Positions 34,201 to 44,058 of a stretch of 64,000 nt of DNA are shown piece by piece. The notes under the pieces were generated by a model, which did not search any database, was not told the origin of the DNA, and saw nothing but the letters and a program-made list of their open reading frames with translations. Within the stretch, counting starts at the first letter, position 1, and every line of letters starts with the position of its first letter. The translations under genes were made by a program, and so were the position numbers. Origin of the DNA: Lingula anatina (Eukaryota > Animalia > Brachiopoda); the NCBI GenBank assembly GCA_051362555.1, contig CM120642.1, forward strand, positions 34,188,356 through 34,252,355. The letters are read 5' to 3'.

Positions 34201-37011
34201 TAATCAAAGTATATCTCCAGGTAAAGTGGGGTAAACAAATGATCTCGCACTTCCAGATAATCCTTTGATGAATTAAATGTTACTATACTTTTAATTGCTT
34301 CAGTATTTCTGCCCTTGATTAAGTAAGTCTTGCATCAAGGTGCATCTCTGGGGAGAGGTGGGGTAAACAGATTTTCTCACTTAAATACAGGTATCCCTTT
34401 CTTATCTGCCAGTATTAATTCCTTGACTACGGTAATATGCCAAATGATTTGACCAAGATTAATTAATTAATTTTATGGAAATATCATTTTGATCAAATTG
34501 ATTAAAATATAGCAATGTAAACCTTTGATATCGTCGGATTGTTTGGGGCATCTGCCAAAACGTCCATCTTACCGGAAGTATTGCATTCTACCCAAAGTGT
34601 CACGCAAGATAAGCCGCAATTTTTTCGCTTAACACATGTTTCAAGCACGTTTTATCCTCCTTTTGAATTCTTATTTTGCTGTGTACAATATGTGCTAACA
34701 TTACTTGAGATTCAAACAGACGACAATTCACAATTTCTATTTAATTCCCTCACCTACGATTATTTTCATGACCCGCTTCAAAAGTGGGACGCTTTTTTCC
34801 CCCGGAGACAGGTGTTGTAAACAATGCCCGGTCACTTATATTTGAAACCGGTAGCTTTAGTGGACTTAAACCTGTTATGTGATCTATGTACACCCTATCT
34901 GGAATTTTAATATGTCAACTGAAATCAAGCTAATTGAGATTTTTTTTTACCAGTCTGAGATCAGTTGTTTTCAACTCAAAAAGCTTGCTCGGCATTGAGG
35001 CGTAGACGCATGTATTTCTGAAGAAAATTCAATCGCCCATATCAAAGAATACCAACTGGTACTCAAATGGAATTTAGTGTAACTTAAAATTACTTTTAAG
35101 TATTTAATTTAAAAATCATGTCATATTAAAACATATTGAGAAAAGGCAATCTACGGAGCCTACCTGTGCCGATAGACATATCTTGCTAGCACTCTTCCGA
35201 TTTTCTTACATGTAGGGGCCTTTACACTCACTGTGCACAAGCCATGTTGCATATTGAAAACCCCACTGATAAAACCCGAATGTAAAATAAGCATTTAATT
35301 GCCATAATTTTTACAAAACAGATGCATTTATAATTTGCTGTGAGAATTGAGCAAACGCAGAAATGAGAGACTTGTCTTACTTGGTCTGCTCCTGCATACT
35401 TAGTGCAAACCACATGTTAATGAAGTCAGTCCCATTGTGGGGGAGGGGGGTCACAGGAATGGAGTTCTTCATGGATTACACTAATTAATATAAACGTTTC
35501 ATGCATCTGGGGAAATAAAAAGTGACTCACAGGTAACGTAAATACCCAGTGGGACTCTCTGTGAAGCTCCACTTTTCACCGCCATATAAGTTATTGCATT
35601 CTCTTATAAGGAGATAAGAAAGATGTCATTTTTATTGTTGACAAATCAGTTATCCATGTAGGTAAATAGCTACACGTGTTCATCAGATTTTGACAGCGCA
35701 TGGTATTTGGCACCAAGAAGTCTGGGTGGACAATCCCGCTGTTCTTTTGGTCAACTGTAGTAAATGTAGGATCTTGTGGTATTGTATGTGGTATTGAACG
35801 TTTCCCCATAATCATATGCATATATATTTCAATCAAACTTGAAAATAAATTGCTTATTCTTCCCAAACTTTTTATTGCTAGCAAATGCTATGTATGGTCT
35901 ATATGAAGGTGTTTACGACATATCCTACCCACTGTCGATATTTGGTTTCATCCTGAACAGACCTTTTTTAAAATGCCCCCACCCCCAGTTACGGTGTGAC
36001 GAATCAGTCAGCGAGGGCAAGTCTGCTAAATTAGCACAAATTGTATATCTATAAGCACTATTATTGTCATCGGGGACAAAGGAAATGACAGGTACATCTC
36101 GCTTCTAGATTAGATCTTCAATTAATTGTTTCTTCCTCATTGACGAAGAGCTATTGAAAGGACAACAATTGACAAAGGGCTGAGGCATGCAGCATCTATT
36201 TCACTGGCTTGAAAGTTTGCAGAGTCTAGCCGACGATGTGGTCAAACAATCGGAACAAGAAAAAAAATTCTGTCACATGATTTTGACATTTGGACTAAAT
36301 GTCTGAGCCCAGAAAAATTAATTTTATGATATAATTTTTTTGGACAGATTGATTGGACCAGTCGAAATGCTTGGCACATTACCGTACCATCCACCTACCC
36401 AATACACTGAATATAGTCATAAAATGTTTACCTGTTCATCTGTTTACCCCACCTTTACCTGGAGAATAGGTGGTTATACTTTGATTAGATATTTAATAAT
36501 ACTTTCTCAACTTGTACTGAATGAAAAAGGAATTTGTTATAGAATAATTTGTTTGGTATTATCACAATTAAAATATAAATAAAATGGATTAAATGTTTTG
36601 AACTTTATACTCCTTACTTTATATAAAATCATATTCTTTTGGGGGGAATTGCCGGGGGGGGGGGGGAATTGTCCTAGAATCAACCAATATTATCATGTAT
36701 CAGGAGAGGGGGAGGAAGGGAGTGCAAGTGTGTATATCTTTCTCAGGATAATCCAGGACACAAAAATACTAAAGAAAAATCAACAATTCTAGATTGTAAA
36801 ACAAGCAAGTCTGTTAATTTTTTCACCAAATGCTAGAAATTTTCTTTCTCTGAAACTAAATTCAAGTTTGTGGAGGAGGCCAAACTCAAAGTCTCGGTTT
36901 TAATACTCCCAAGTTTTATTCCAGATGTCTTACCTGAAACTGCAATACAGTCTTGTTTACTATCCTCTGATAGAGATCAAGGCGAACACCTGAATTACTC
37001 CGGTTCCTCAT
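958..37011 (-). CDS. PHKA: Phosphorylase b kinase regulatory subunit alpha, multi-exon gene (5' part; 3' end lies beyond window start)
   Basis: Exons translate to hallmark PHKA sequence: [62 protein letters not shown]; all junctions GT-AG with compatible phases. Confidence 0.97.
2298..2339 (-). CDS. PHKA: Candidate PHKA 42-nt cassette exon ([13 protein letters not shown])
   Basis: tattatttcag acceptor, G/gtatct donor, phase 1-1, open in frame. Confidence 0.55.
3316..3333 (-). CDS. PHKA: Candidate PHKA 18-nt micro-exon (IHIHE)
   Basis: tcttattttttctctag acceptor and AAG/gtaaga donor 18 nt apart, phase 1-1, open in frame. Confidence 0.55.
3650..4301. repeat. Minisatellite, 31 bp unit, ~21 copies
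   Basis: cccattcatatatcactaacatacaattatc repeated. Confidence 0.95.
4661..4834 (-). CDS. PHKA: PHKA exon (174 nt), variable region, [13 protein letters not shown]...[19 protein letters not shown]
   Basis: cattttgcag acceptor, A/gtacgt donor, phase 1-1, GC-richer open frame with basic RxRxxS motifs. Confidence 0.8.
4920..5087. mobile_element. MITE with CAGGGGCGGAT...ATCCGCCCCTG termini
   Basis: Terminal inverted repeats flanked by direct repeat ctcac (4915-4919, 5088-5092). Confidence 0.8.
5104..5224. mobile_element. Palindromic MITE-like element built from cctataggat units
   Basis: cccttaggaaaaagtcctatagg ... cctataggactttttcgttaggg near-perfect inverted repeat. Confidence 0.7.
5225..5619. 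repeat. ~65 bp tandem repeat (6 copies) containing the donor site of exon 5599-5687
   Basis: Minus strand of each unit carries GAGAAAGGGAGTGAGGATG/gtatg. Confidence 0.9.
5599..5687 (-). CDS. PHKA: PHKA exon (89 nt) [29 protein letters not shown]
   Basis: Homologous to PHKA RVxxGxLSEFLTTS; ttttcag acceptor, G/gtatg donor. Confidence 0.92.
6291..6403. mobile_element. Degenerate small palindromic element
   Basis: cactaagatatt...agatctgtctctgaccaatt / aattgtccagagagatatct...aatatctagtg imperfect inverted repeat. Confidence 0.4.
6410..8068. repeat. Minisatellite, 69 bp unit, ~24 copies, with 413-bp (6-unit) higher-order period
   Basis: 23-aa periodic ORFs; near-identical ORF starts at 6714, 7127 and 7540. 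Confidence 0.95.
8832..8907 (-). CDS. PHKA: PHKA alternative exon 17B-like (76 nt) [25 protein letters not shown]
   Basis: ggtttccttcag acceptor, AG/gtctgt donor; KLKxGYxxGxR motif; same length and phase as 9361-9436. Confidence 0.85.
9361..9436 (-). CDS. PHKA: PHKA alternative exon 17A-like (76 nt) [25 protein letters not shown]
   Basis: attttattctatag acceptor, AG/gttggc donor; [11 protein letters not shown] resembles PHKA RKxxDGYFGGAR. Confidence 0.88.
11125..12182. repeat. Degenerate GC-rich minisatellite, ~35-38 bp unit (cacaggaagtgggtgcaacc...ctagggtcata)
   Basis: Tandem periodicity with variant blocks. Confidence 0.9.
12889..13033 (-). CDS. PHKA: PHKA alternative exon 16B-like (145 nt) [48 protein letters not shown]
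   Basis: ttttgcttcctag acceptor, G/gtatgc donor; paralogous to 16072-16216. Confidence 0.9.
14230..14800. repeat. Two short tandem duplications (61 bp at ~14230-14350; 75 bp at ~14647-14800)
   Basis: Direct duplicated segments visible. Confidence 0.8.
15186..15835. repeat. Near-perfect 48 bp minisatellite, ~13.5 copies
   Basis: ttacaggccagtatcatttgtgatggtgacggaataggtaacatttgg repeated; 16-aa periodic ORF. Confidence 0.95.
16072..16216 (-). CDS. PHKA: PHKA alternative exon 16A-like (145 nt) [48 protein letters not shown]
   Basis: cttactcttgcag acceptor, G/gttagg donor; close to canonical PHKA FxDQxxFYLALDN...GxPT. Confidence 0.93.
16268..16395. repeat. Short ~35-40 bp tandem repeat, ~3.5 copies
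   Basis: ctggagtctccagt...ccccagcaggtactag repeated. Confidence 0.8.
16935..17044 (-). CDS. PHKA: PHKA exon (110 nt) [36 protein letters not shown]
   Basis: Conserved LxGRP...TSKLY motif; tttcag / gtaag sites. Confidence 0.95.
17240..17503. repeat. 92 bp tandem triplication containing the 3' ~70 nt of exon 17433-17646 and its donor
   Basis: cttactcacct...gaatacacatgactgagta...cacctgtcctatagtct occurs three times. Confidence 0.9.
17433..17646 (-). CDS. PHKA: PHKA exon (214 nt) [33 protein letters not shown]...[13 protein letters not shown]
   Basis: Strong PHKA motif; catttcag acceptor, G/gtgagt donor. Confidence 0.95.
17611..18778. repeat. 73 bp minisatellite, ~16 copies, each containing the acceptor and first 36 nt of exon 17433-17646
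   Basis: Minus strand unit: cctatcatttcag/AACTTCCTGACxCCTGxTGAACTGGACCCTCTAAAT. Confidence 0.95.
19000..19203 (-). CDS. PHKA: PHKA exon (204 nt) [13 protein letters not shown]...[17 protein letters not shown]
   Basis: Conserved PExY.VP and WGQSLYILG motifs; gacag / gtaagt sites. Confidence 0.95.
19313..20044. repeat. 47 bp minisatellite, ~15 copies, each containing the last ~40 nt of exon 20003-20125 and its donor
   Basis: Minus unit: tacctcatcctagatgggttatataatgaaAACCAAGCACAG/gttagtc. Confidence 0.95.
20003..20125 (-). CDS. PHKA: PHKA exon (123 nt) [41 protein letters not shown]
   Basis: Canonical DPNRLxY...FExIECEWP motif. Confidence 0.96.
21632..21860. repeat. 21 bp minisatellite, ~11 copies
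   Basis: ggaagccatcccagtctagag repeated. Confidence 0.9.
21907..23187. repeat. CA-rich minisatellite, 21-23 bp unit
   Basis: catacacacatacca(ca)tgttcct repeated. Confidence 0.95.
23273..25000 (-). CDS. 575-codon Ser/Pro-rich open frame continuing in frame from PHKA exon 25001-25054; putative alternative terminal exon
   Basis: ...[24 protein letters not shown]... has no stop until 23273; internal repeats (21 bp, 81 bp) preserve frame. Confidence 0.7.
   Translation of the reverse strand, partial: VCLKHRVSLDHSVVDSMSDQHGSIIMSTPQLEENATIKEKPCFKRSSSKSAQPGYEQIGLGQYLQKTINSETVKNLRKYSIVSETDEEEEETQESQKLRTEIWKLEAKLVQEGKLELNAEESFGDSLHDMVVDECRRRPDLKGRLDYTQYLTSMSDNLALKWAPVPKDPVQKVFQLSTMFSSSHLSDISSEPNSPPTLANSPPTSPNRPPTLASRPPALANSPPTLANSPPTLASSSVSGTPRCLSAPDLNWRSRQKSKLSLQKIGDYDYTSQTQSCNPPLIKIIPPECEMTGTGERKKPIYQGIPSDSVCLSRDAQTANKGGSSHGTCCDGQTYSGSKLADSANNTVCRLSHSDPSFIKGDNSSIDRIFTNRTSEPVKSTSHDFDTSLVEPKIANHRTYHGAPTLVSSPNPRESCDEDMMANHRPCYGAPTLVSCPNPRESCDEDKKLSSSFNLGETVPSLLERRVPSYGSKSTNILFHPCTPPLLHPKDSRLTNSGSYSEVTSGYGLHKEKATKSLKPELKEQHILIHSDDDLTPGTPPTSPNVAACNLNVKKQFQSSEEDLDQYEVEYGVML
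25001..25054 (-). CDS. PHKA: PHKA exon (54 nt) [18 protein letters not shown]
   Basis: Canonical GxYG..RF.RDGY motif; ttctttgtccag / gtatgt sites. Confidence 0.96.
25443..25960. repeat. 32 bp minisatellite, ~16 copies
   Basis: ttaaggtaatgaactgtgaactgcatagatat repeated. Confidence 0.95.
26636..26740 (-). CDS. PHKA: PHKA exon (105 nt) [35 protein letters not shown]
   Basis: EVDAxLxS..SFPAF motif; tgtatttcag / gttagt sites; acceptor duplicated 40 bp upstream. Confidence 0.95.
27120..27161 (-). CDS. PHKA: PHKA exon (42 nt) [14 protein letters not shown]
   Basis: Conserved ILxSxLPRxSxSK; ttttcag / gtagat sites. Confidence 0.93.
27125..28068. repeat. 106/98 bp minisatellite, 9 copies, each containing the acceptor and most of the 42-nt exon
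   Basis: cctgaaaacatacaaagc recurs at ~27161, 27267, 27373, 27479, 27577, 27683, 27781, 27887 and 27993. Confidence 0.95.
28224..31927. repeat. 36-37 bp minisatellite, ~100 copies, each containing the donor of exon 31917-32015
   Basis: Minus unit: tccagtatacataaAACAGTGTCAG/gtaggaagacag. Confidence 0.96.
31917..32015 (-). CDS. PHKA: PHKA exon (99 nt) [33 protein letters not shown]
   Basis: Canonical AALEA..ELDLFG..GG..SVIHVL motif. Confidence 0.96.
32273..32353 (-). CDS. PHKA: PHKA exon (81 nt) [27 protein letters not shown]
   Basis: Highly conserved GH15-like domain motif. Confidence 0.97.
32660..32742 (-). CDS. PHKA: PHKA exon (83 nt) [27 protein letters not shown]
   Basis: Conserved [14 protein letters not shown] motif; tttttag / gtaagt sites. 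Confidence 0.96.
33239..33455 (-). CDS. PHKA: PHKA exon (217 nt) [10 protein letters not shown]...[22 protein letters not shown]
   Basis: Canonical motifs; cttatag / gtcaga sites. Confidence 0.96.
33660..33815 (-). CDS. PHKA: PHKA exon (156 nt) [30 protein letters not shown]...AKAYELEQ
   Basis: AWVRDN motif; tttcag / gtaagg sites. Confidence 0.97.
36934..37011 (-). CDS. PHKA: PHKA first coding exon (78 nt) [26 protein letters not shown]
   Basis: Matches the PHKA N-terminus [12 protein letters not shown]; CAG/gtaaga donor. Confidence 0.95.
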
Positions 37012-37278
37012 ATTTTGTTTACTGGATGCATCATAAATAAATGTAGAAAAGACAAATTATCCTACATGTAACTGCCAAGACTGGTATAACTGGTTCATTA
37101 TTTCCAAGAACGTAGAGCAGAACATTTTTATTTTTAACACAAATTTTGTTTGTTAAGAATAAAAATTAATTTAGAAATAAAAATAATGGGGTATTTAAAA
37201 AGGAGGGCTGTCATGATAATAAATTACACTAAATGTAAATTTTATGCTCACAATATACGTACGTGATCGTGCAAATAG

Positions 37279-37946
37279 CACCCTGAGCTTCAGAGCTAAC
37301 TTGACACTAACCTTTTCACTGTAGCCTATCTCCATCGTGTCAAGTAACCTCTGACGAAAATAGTTTGACCTAGTTTATATAAGCCAATCAAATCCATGTT
37401 TCAAAATTTTTCACCAAAGTTTGGTGAAAACGCTGATTGGTTGACCGTCAATCGGCAATCCTCGGCTGATTCCGCAAGCTCCATACTAACAACATAGTTA
37501 TTGTCGAGTGCGGAGACATCCGAGTAGTTCCGAGTGTATTACCGTACACAAAGAAAGCAAGGCGAGTGACTACGAAAAAGAATGTGTTAAGTTATCTCTT
37601 GATTCTTTGCAAAATATGAGTAAATCGGAATTGAAACCATAGGGTCTAAGCAGTTTGAGGCCCTGCATCATATCTACTGAGAGACGATGTTATTTGCGTG
37701 CTGCCCACAGGTTACGGCAAGTCCCTGATATTCAGCCTTATCTTTGATTGGTCCGGATTTGAACAAAGCGCGCTTTGACTCGTTCGCGTTCATTGGCTAG
37801 ATCGTTTAATGAGTCATTGAGTGCAGGCTTTTAAATTTGATTGGCGGGCGGCGGAGGCAATCGAATCTGGTCAGAGGTTACTTGACACGATGAAGATAGG
37901 CTACAGTGAAGAGGTTAGTGTCAAGTTAGCTCTGAAGCTCAGGGTG
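37279..37946. mobile_element. 668 bp MITE, ~75 bp TIRs, 8 bp TSD (hAT/P/Merlin-type TSD length)
   Basis: caccctgagcttcagagctaacttgacac... / ...gtgtcaagttagctctgaagctcagggtg; gcaaatag duplicated at 37271-37278 and 37947-37954. Confidence 0.9.
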
Positions 37947-40856
37947 GCAAATAGCCGCTACCACACTGAATTTTTTTCATCAAAATTTTCCTTTTAAGTC
38001 ATCATATCTCCCAAGTCTGTCTTCCGAACTTCAAATAATTAATTTGTTCTCCATTTTGAATAAAAATTGAACGAAGTTTAATCTTATTTAACAGGTAACA
38101 GCATAATTCTCGTCTGATGCGCACCTTGTCTTGCGGCTAGTACATAGCTTGGCAGAAACATGACCTTATCAAGATGCAGAGTTGGACTTCGTCTAAAGAA
38201 AAATATTGTATTGTACTATACTTAAGGAATAATGTCATACGTTATAATTATACAATATTCTATATCTTTAAACAAATGCATTTTGTCAAAAAAATTATAA
38301 TCCATTGATCTTTTGATATCTAAAGGAATATATATTTTTACGAAACTAACATATGACCTCTAAACAACCTTCAACTGGCTCTTTCCATCTGGACCTGCCT
38401 GGCAGCCATATTTGGCCTCCATTTTGCCAACAGACTGAGCGTACTAACCGATAAAAATGCGGTTGACCCGATGTGAGTAGATATTATTCCCAACTAAGAG
38501 CAATGTTTAGTAATGCAGAGTTTTTTTCCATAGAGCAGCTGATATTGTTAGGCTCGACCAGAGCTTGACACTAAGTGTAGAGTAATAAACACTTGGTAAA
38601 ACACGTCGTAGTCAACGAAGGGGGGGGGGGTCATTAAATACAAAAATGACACAAAAAGGCACCTCAATGTTGTTTTAAACATCAAAATAACTTGCTGTTT
38701 GGATTCTGCATCCAAATTACGTTTAGGTTGAACCCAATGAATGTTTATTTATCTGTAACGGAGAAATGTTTTTGCTGTTTCTGAGTTACGAAAGAAGTGG
38801 GCGGCCAATATTTCTTCTCAACTGCCTCTACAGAGCTCGATCGGCAGTGAAACATTGTTTTGACACAGCTGCGTTTAAGAAAAATATAATTTGGGGTGAA
38901 AAGCATGATAATTTGATCTTTAAAATAACGTTGAGGTGTAATTTTCTGTCATTTCAGTATTTAGTGACACTGATAGTCAACCGACTATCAACTGTGACTT
39001 AAAGTGCTAAGTAACTGCCACCCTATCTCTCAGTTGAGCAAATACTCCATATTGTGGCTTTCTCTTGGGGCTCACATGATCAAGCTGTCTACTCTGATGT
39101 AACTCCCGTTTCTACCAGCCTCTCAAATTGGTAAGAGACTACTGTGGCCAGAGAGTCACTTTTATGCTTGTTTGAACCCAGCTGTAGTCTTTAAACCCTA
39201 AAGTGCACTTTACTTTTATTGTTCATTAGGCTTGCTTGGGAAGAAAGTCACTCCCATCAAGATCAAGGGACTGGTAGAGTATACTATATCTCCCCATGAG
39301 TTCCAACCCTTCCGTCCCTCATATTATGCAGAGGCCTTCAAGAACACACAAAGACGGATGTTCTCGCATGTGTTGTATTTTATAAGTAAGTAATTGAATA
39401 ATTTAGCACAGATTTTTTACAGGAAAGACTGGGTCTCATTATCTGATCAAACCTAAAGAGTAACTTTATTTTACCTCTTTGTGTAGAATGTGTTTCTACA
39501 ATTTTTCTATCAGATTTAACTGAGCAGATAGATAAACTTGGTTGGTAATACAACATACTTTTATGAAAAATTTCCAAGTTTTATCTGGTTATCTGTTATA
39601 AATATTATATTTTTCTCATTTTCAATTTCAGTTCCTGCATACATTCTGTTCCATATAAGGTACGAAGATATTCAAAGAAGACTTCATTATTACGACTCCA
39701 AGGAATTTTACTTTGACAATTTAGTAGAAGAGGATTAGATTATATCTCTCCAGACCTACTAGGATCTCTTTGTTAAGGAGGACAGATATTGTAACAGAAA
39801 TCTTTGACAAAGGTCAACCATTTCACATAAAACATTAATGAATATGATTCTGGCTTCATTTATGTGAATAATGTCATATGAATAGTATGTGGTTTGAACT
39901 GCATTGTATACCACTTCTGCACACAGTTTGAGTTCATGTAGACTTGAGAAAATACACATTTTCTTTCTATTCTGTTTCATTATATCCAGTAAAATACAAG
40001 TGCACCTTTCTTTCTGGTGTTTGTGTTACACAACCCACTATGTAATAATGAAATAAAGTTCATGTGTTGTTCAGTACTTGTTTTGATATTAGTGAACTGT
40101 TGATCTGGGCCCAGTTTCATAAAGGACGTTTAGCACTAACCAGTGTTTAAGTCTTACCAGTGGATAAATTCTCCTAACACCCGTTAACTAAACGATGGTT
40201 GAAATTGTGTTTCATAAACAGAGTGTTTATACTGTAACAGCCAATTAGTTAACTGACCTTTAAATATTTTATCCAGTTAAACTGTGACCAGTTAACTAAT
40301 CTGGTTGCTCTATGTTATTAATTTTACTTCTTCCTTCCTCCAGTATGCAGTTGTAATGTATACAATCCTTAGCACAGGTAATCTAAACCAACACGTTTAT
40401 TTACCTTGATCAACTGATTGGACTTAAATACAGGTCAAGGATATTTCAGCTTGTTGAATCCTCCTCAGTGCAGTTTTTTTTTTTTTTTGGAAACACTGTA
40501 TACTACATGTATTTTTCTCAGAATCATAGTAAGGTGCAACTTAGACTGTCATCTAACCCTGAGAAATTGTATAGTGGCACAGAAAAAAAAAACAGCTGCC
40601 TTGAATAATTATTTTATTTTATGCAGCATATACAGTAGCTTTCTGTAAACAAGATATTTGACAGTGCTTGGCCTATTATTTCTTATAATTTAAACAGTTC
40701 TGTTTCTGATAATAATATTCTCAAATCTTTGACCCCCTTTCAGTAAATGTAGAATTCACTGTCTTGTGGCAAAAGATTGACTTGCTAATAATTTTGTGTG
40801 AGGTAATATACTGTCACCATATGTGTGTGTGTGTGTGTGTGTGTGTGTCACAGGCC

Positions 40857-41446
40857 CAGTCCTAATCCAGGCATATTCTAAATCCACTAATCCCAATATG
40901 GCATAATGCATTAATTGTTAAAAGCAGCACAACTTCATATATTAACTAATTTACAGGTAAGAAGACGGTCACCAGTAGTTTGAAGTTTCACTTGTAAGTA
41001 GATTTAAAAAAACATTTTAATATGGGGAAATTATCATATAATGTAACAAGGTCACCAGTCCCAATTCAGACAGATTCATTTACAATTGAGCACAATTTGC
41101 ACTTTTAAAAGCAGAATTTAAGAAGTAAGGTGCATGAAATTAATTAACAGGTTAGAGATTAATTTACAGATAGAGTCCAGTTTGTGTTCCTGTTCTTTGC
41201 AGTGGTATACATGTAGATACAAAGCAGACTTGATTTTGCTAAAAGTATAAATGGAATATTCCATTTCATCTGCTTTCTTTGATCAAGTTATATGGCAATC
41301 AGGCCTTACAAGTGAAACTCCAAACTACTGGTGACCGTCTTTTTACCTGTAAATTAATTAATATATGAAGTTGTGCTGCTTTTAACAATCAATGCATTAT
41401 GTCAAATTGGGATTAGTGGATTTAGAATATGCCTGGTTTAGGACTG
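40857..41446. mobile_element. MITE with ~140 bp TIRs (CAGTCC...GGACTG, Tc1/mariner-like ends)
   Basis: 40857-40998 is the imperfect reverse complement of ~41305-41446; TA follows the right end. Confidence 0.8.
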
Positions 41447-41525
41447 TATTGAATGATAGTATTATCTGACATAATGCATACTAAGAGAAAGTACTCGCAT
41501 TTCACTGACCACCCCTCCTCCCCCA

Positions 41526-41559
<34 letters not shown>

Positions 41560-41971
41560 CCAAAAAAAAAAAAAGGAATAAGCCATATAGCGCCACTGTA
41601 GTCATGGGAAAATATCCAGGTAACTATTAAAGCTATGACACGTGATCAGACATTTGATTGCCTCAGTATATTGAGTATGACATTAGATTTTCATGTTGAC
41701 CTATGAACTTTGGCATTCAATATTGAAATTCTCAATAATGGATTCCTTTTACTCAAAGGAATGATGAATTCACAAATAAGGCACGTGGTATAACTGACTG
41801 GTCACCATGCGATTTACGTCACCTTACGTGGAACACAGTTTAATTTTACCATACAGTTTGTACAAAACTAGAACATAACTAGGGAAAGCAGACTTGCGCC
41901 AGGACAGCCCAGGATTAAACCGGCATGAAACACACTGCGAAAAAAGTAAATGTTTTACGCTACTGCCAAAG

Positions 41972-44058
41972 TTACTCATTCTTGATGGTCATCTCCAGGC
42001 TCTCCACAGTGTCCTGACAGTGGCTATTGGTTGGACAGTTATCATAGCCACCGTCATCACTTCCGTAACTTTTTTTAGCTATTATCTTCGTTCCTTCGTC
42101 CATCTTACTGAAGCCTGTCTCATGGAGCTCCTCATTTGTTGTCGTTTGCCGTGAAATGTTGGTACGCCATATGATCAGAGCTAACAGGATGGCAAGAGCC
42201 ACCACTGAAAACATGGTGGAGATCAATATCTCTTGCCAATGCGTTCTTGGCGAAATGTCGACGTACCTGTTAGCACTGAGATCTGAAAAACAAACAGAAG
42301 AAGACGACGGAAGTAATGAATGTGTGAGAGGCACATTAAATCAGAAAATGAATGATCTAACACGAACATTTCTAACGATGAAAACAACAGTAGGCCTAAA
42401 ATTATATAAATAGCAATAGTGAATAAATAAATAAATAAATAAAGTTATATACTTCGTGCCGATCGATAATACTGTGTACAAAATGTAGATAAGTCACCCA
42501 GTAAATACATGAAATTCTAATCTAGTACTGGACTTTCCATAATATTTGATCCTATTGAGAATGTTGCTTCCTCCTCAGCTACTGTCTCCGTGAGACAGTT
42601 ACAATGTTGATGACTTATTTTAAATTATAAGGTCTGTAGTGCATCTCAAACTAGTTACTCTTCACCAGTATGCAGAATAAAAGGTCTTTACTGAAAATAT
42701 CATTTATTCAGGATATTGAGTTTTTGAGTCGATTTACATTGTAGGTCTATGGCTTCAACATGCCCCATTTGACACATTTAAATCAATTTGTAAAAAAAGG
42801 AAAAAATGAAGAAATAAAAAAAAAAAATACCCGCACAGAAACAGGAGGAATTGGGTGTCTAAATGGAGTATGTTTGTGATTTTATATAATCAGTAAACAC
42901 TTAGATATGCCACCAGGTTTGAAACATTTTAACAAGACTGCTTACATAAAAACAAACCGTTGACCTAAGATAAGAATGGATATGGTCAAACTGATATTGT
43001 GTATAAAAGAAATGAGTATTGAAAAGGTTCGTTTCATGAAGTAAGTCGCTTCTTATTCTCTAATGCCAACAGATTGGATATCAACCGAATTATCTGCAAG
43101 ATGTAGACCTTAAGCAGTACTGCAGACAATGCTTTGGTAGTGTTGACATTTACTATCGCTATAAGAGACCTGTAAGACAACGATTCTGCCACCTTAACCT
43201 TTTTTTCATACAACACAACGCCCAACAGGCTATTCTATAGAAATATGTTGTCGGATATCGCATGACGATAGTTATATTCACTGTAGGTTACTTACAAAGA
43301 TGAAAGTACAATTTCGTTAATTTTTTTCACTTACTAGCAGATGTGAAGTCCATATCCTGTGACTGGAAATTACCCGGAGTATTAGGGCTTGTCACGTCCG
43401 GCTGGTTTTCAGCGCAGTTGTCCGTGAGATTATCGTGCACACATCCTGAATTGGTAAAAATAAATAAATAAATAAATAAAGTATCACAATCCCAGAGAGG
43501 ATTTACGCATGGAAATGACGTCTTTGCTACACTTGGCTCTAGAAAGTAGGTTATTACACTAAATGGCAGAAATAACTAAGGTGCTCGCGCGCGGATTAAC
43601 TACGGTGACACAAAACGCTGGTCAAGAGGCATATGACATAAAACTTGAATAAATTTATATTAAATTCAAATAAATCTCAAACCTTTTCTGCAGTCGCTGT
43701 CCTGTAACCCCTGGTTAGCTGTACAGTTCAAGCGATCTCCCTGCTTGACACCACACGCTTTACAGTCGCCACAAAACTTGATTTCTGTGTGGGTAAATAT
43801 GGCGCCACAGTGCCCACAATCTGTACAGTTTGAACAGATGAAGTACAGATCAGATCCGTGCTGATATTCTTTAGGGAAATTTAGAAGTAGTGTCAAATTG
43901 CCGGATTTGTCGCACGGATGGTTAATGGTGTAGGTGGTGTTAATCAGCGAATTGGAGGCTTTTCCAGTGGCAAAGTGACTAATGGCGCCGAGGGCAGAGG
44001 CGTGACAACAGCTGCAGGCCCATTCTAGATACACCGTCAACAGGTAATACATGTATAC
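41972..44058 (-). CDS. TNF-receptor-like type I membrane protein A; exons 44058-43683, 43445-43335, 42282-41972
   Basis: Cys-rich segment CSNCTDC...CGDCKAC...LNCTANQGLQDSDC, stalk exon, TM ILISTMFSVVALAILLALIIW, short tail; phase-1 GT-AG junctions join in frame. Confidence 0.7.

Noticed and set aside
35500-36250. Coding-like composition with short ORFs in the first PHKA coding intron
   Set aside because: Frequent stops and no motif I can recognise; possibly a decayed transposon, BLASTx needed
39540-39980. Possible decayed LINE 3' end (EIENEK-like motif on the minus strand)
   Set aside because: Similarity too weak to support without a search
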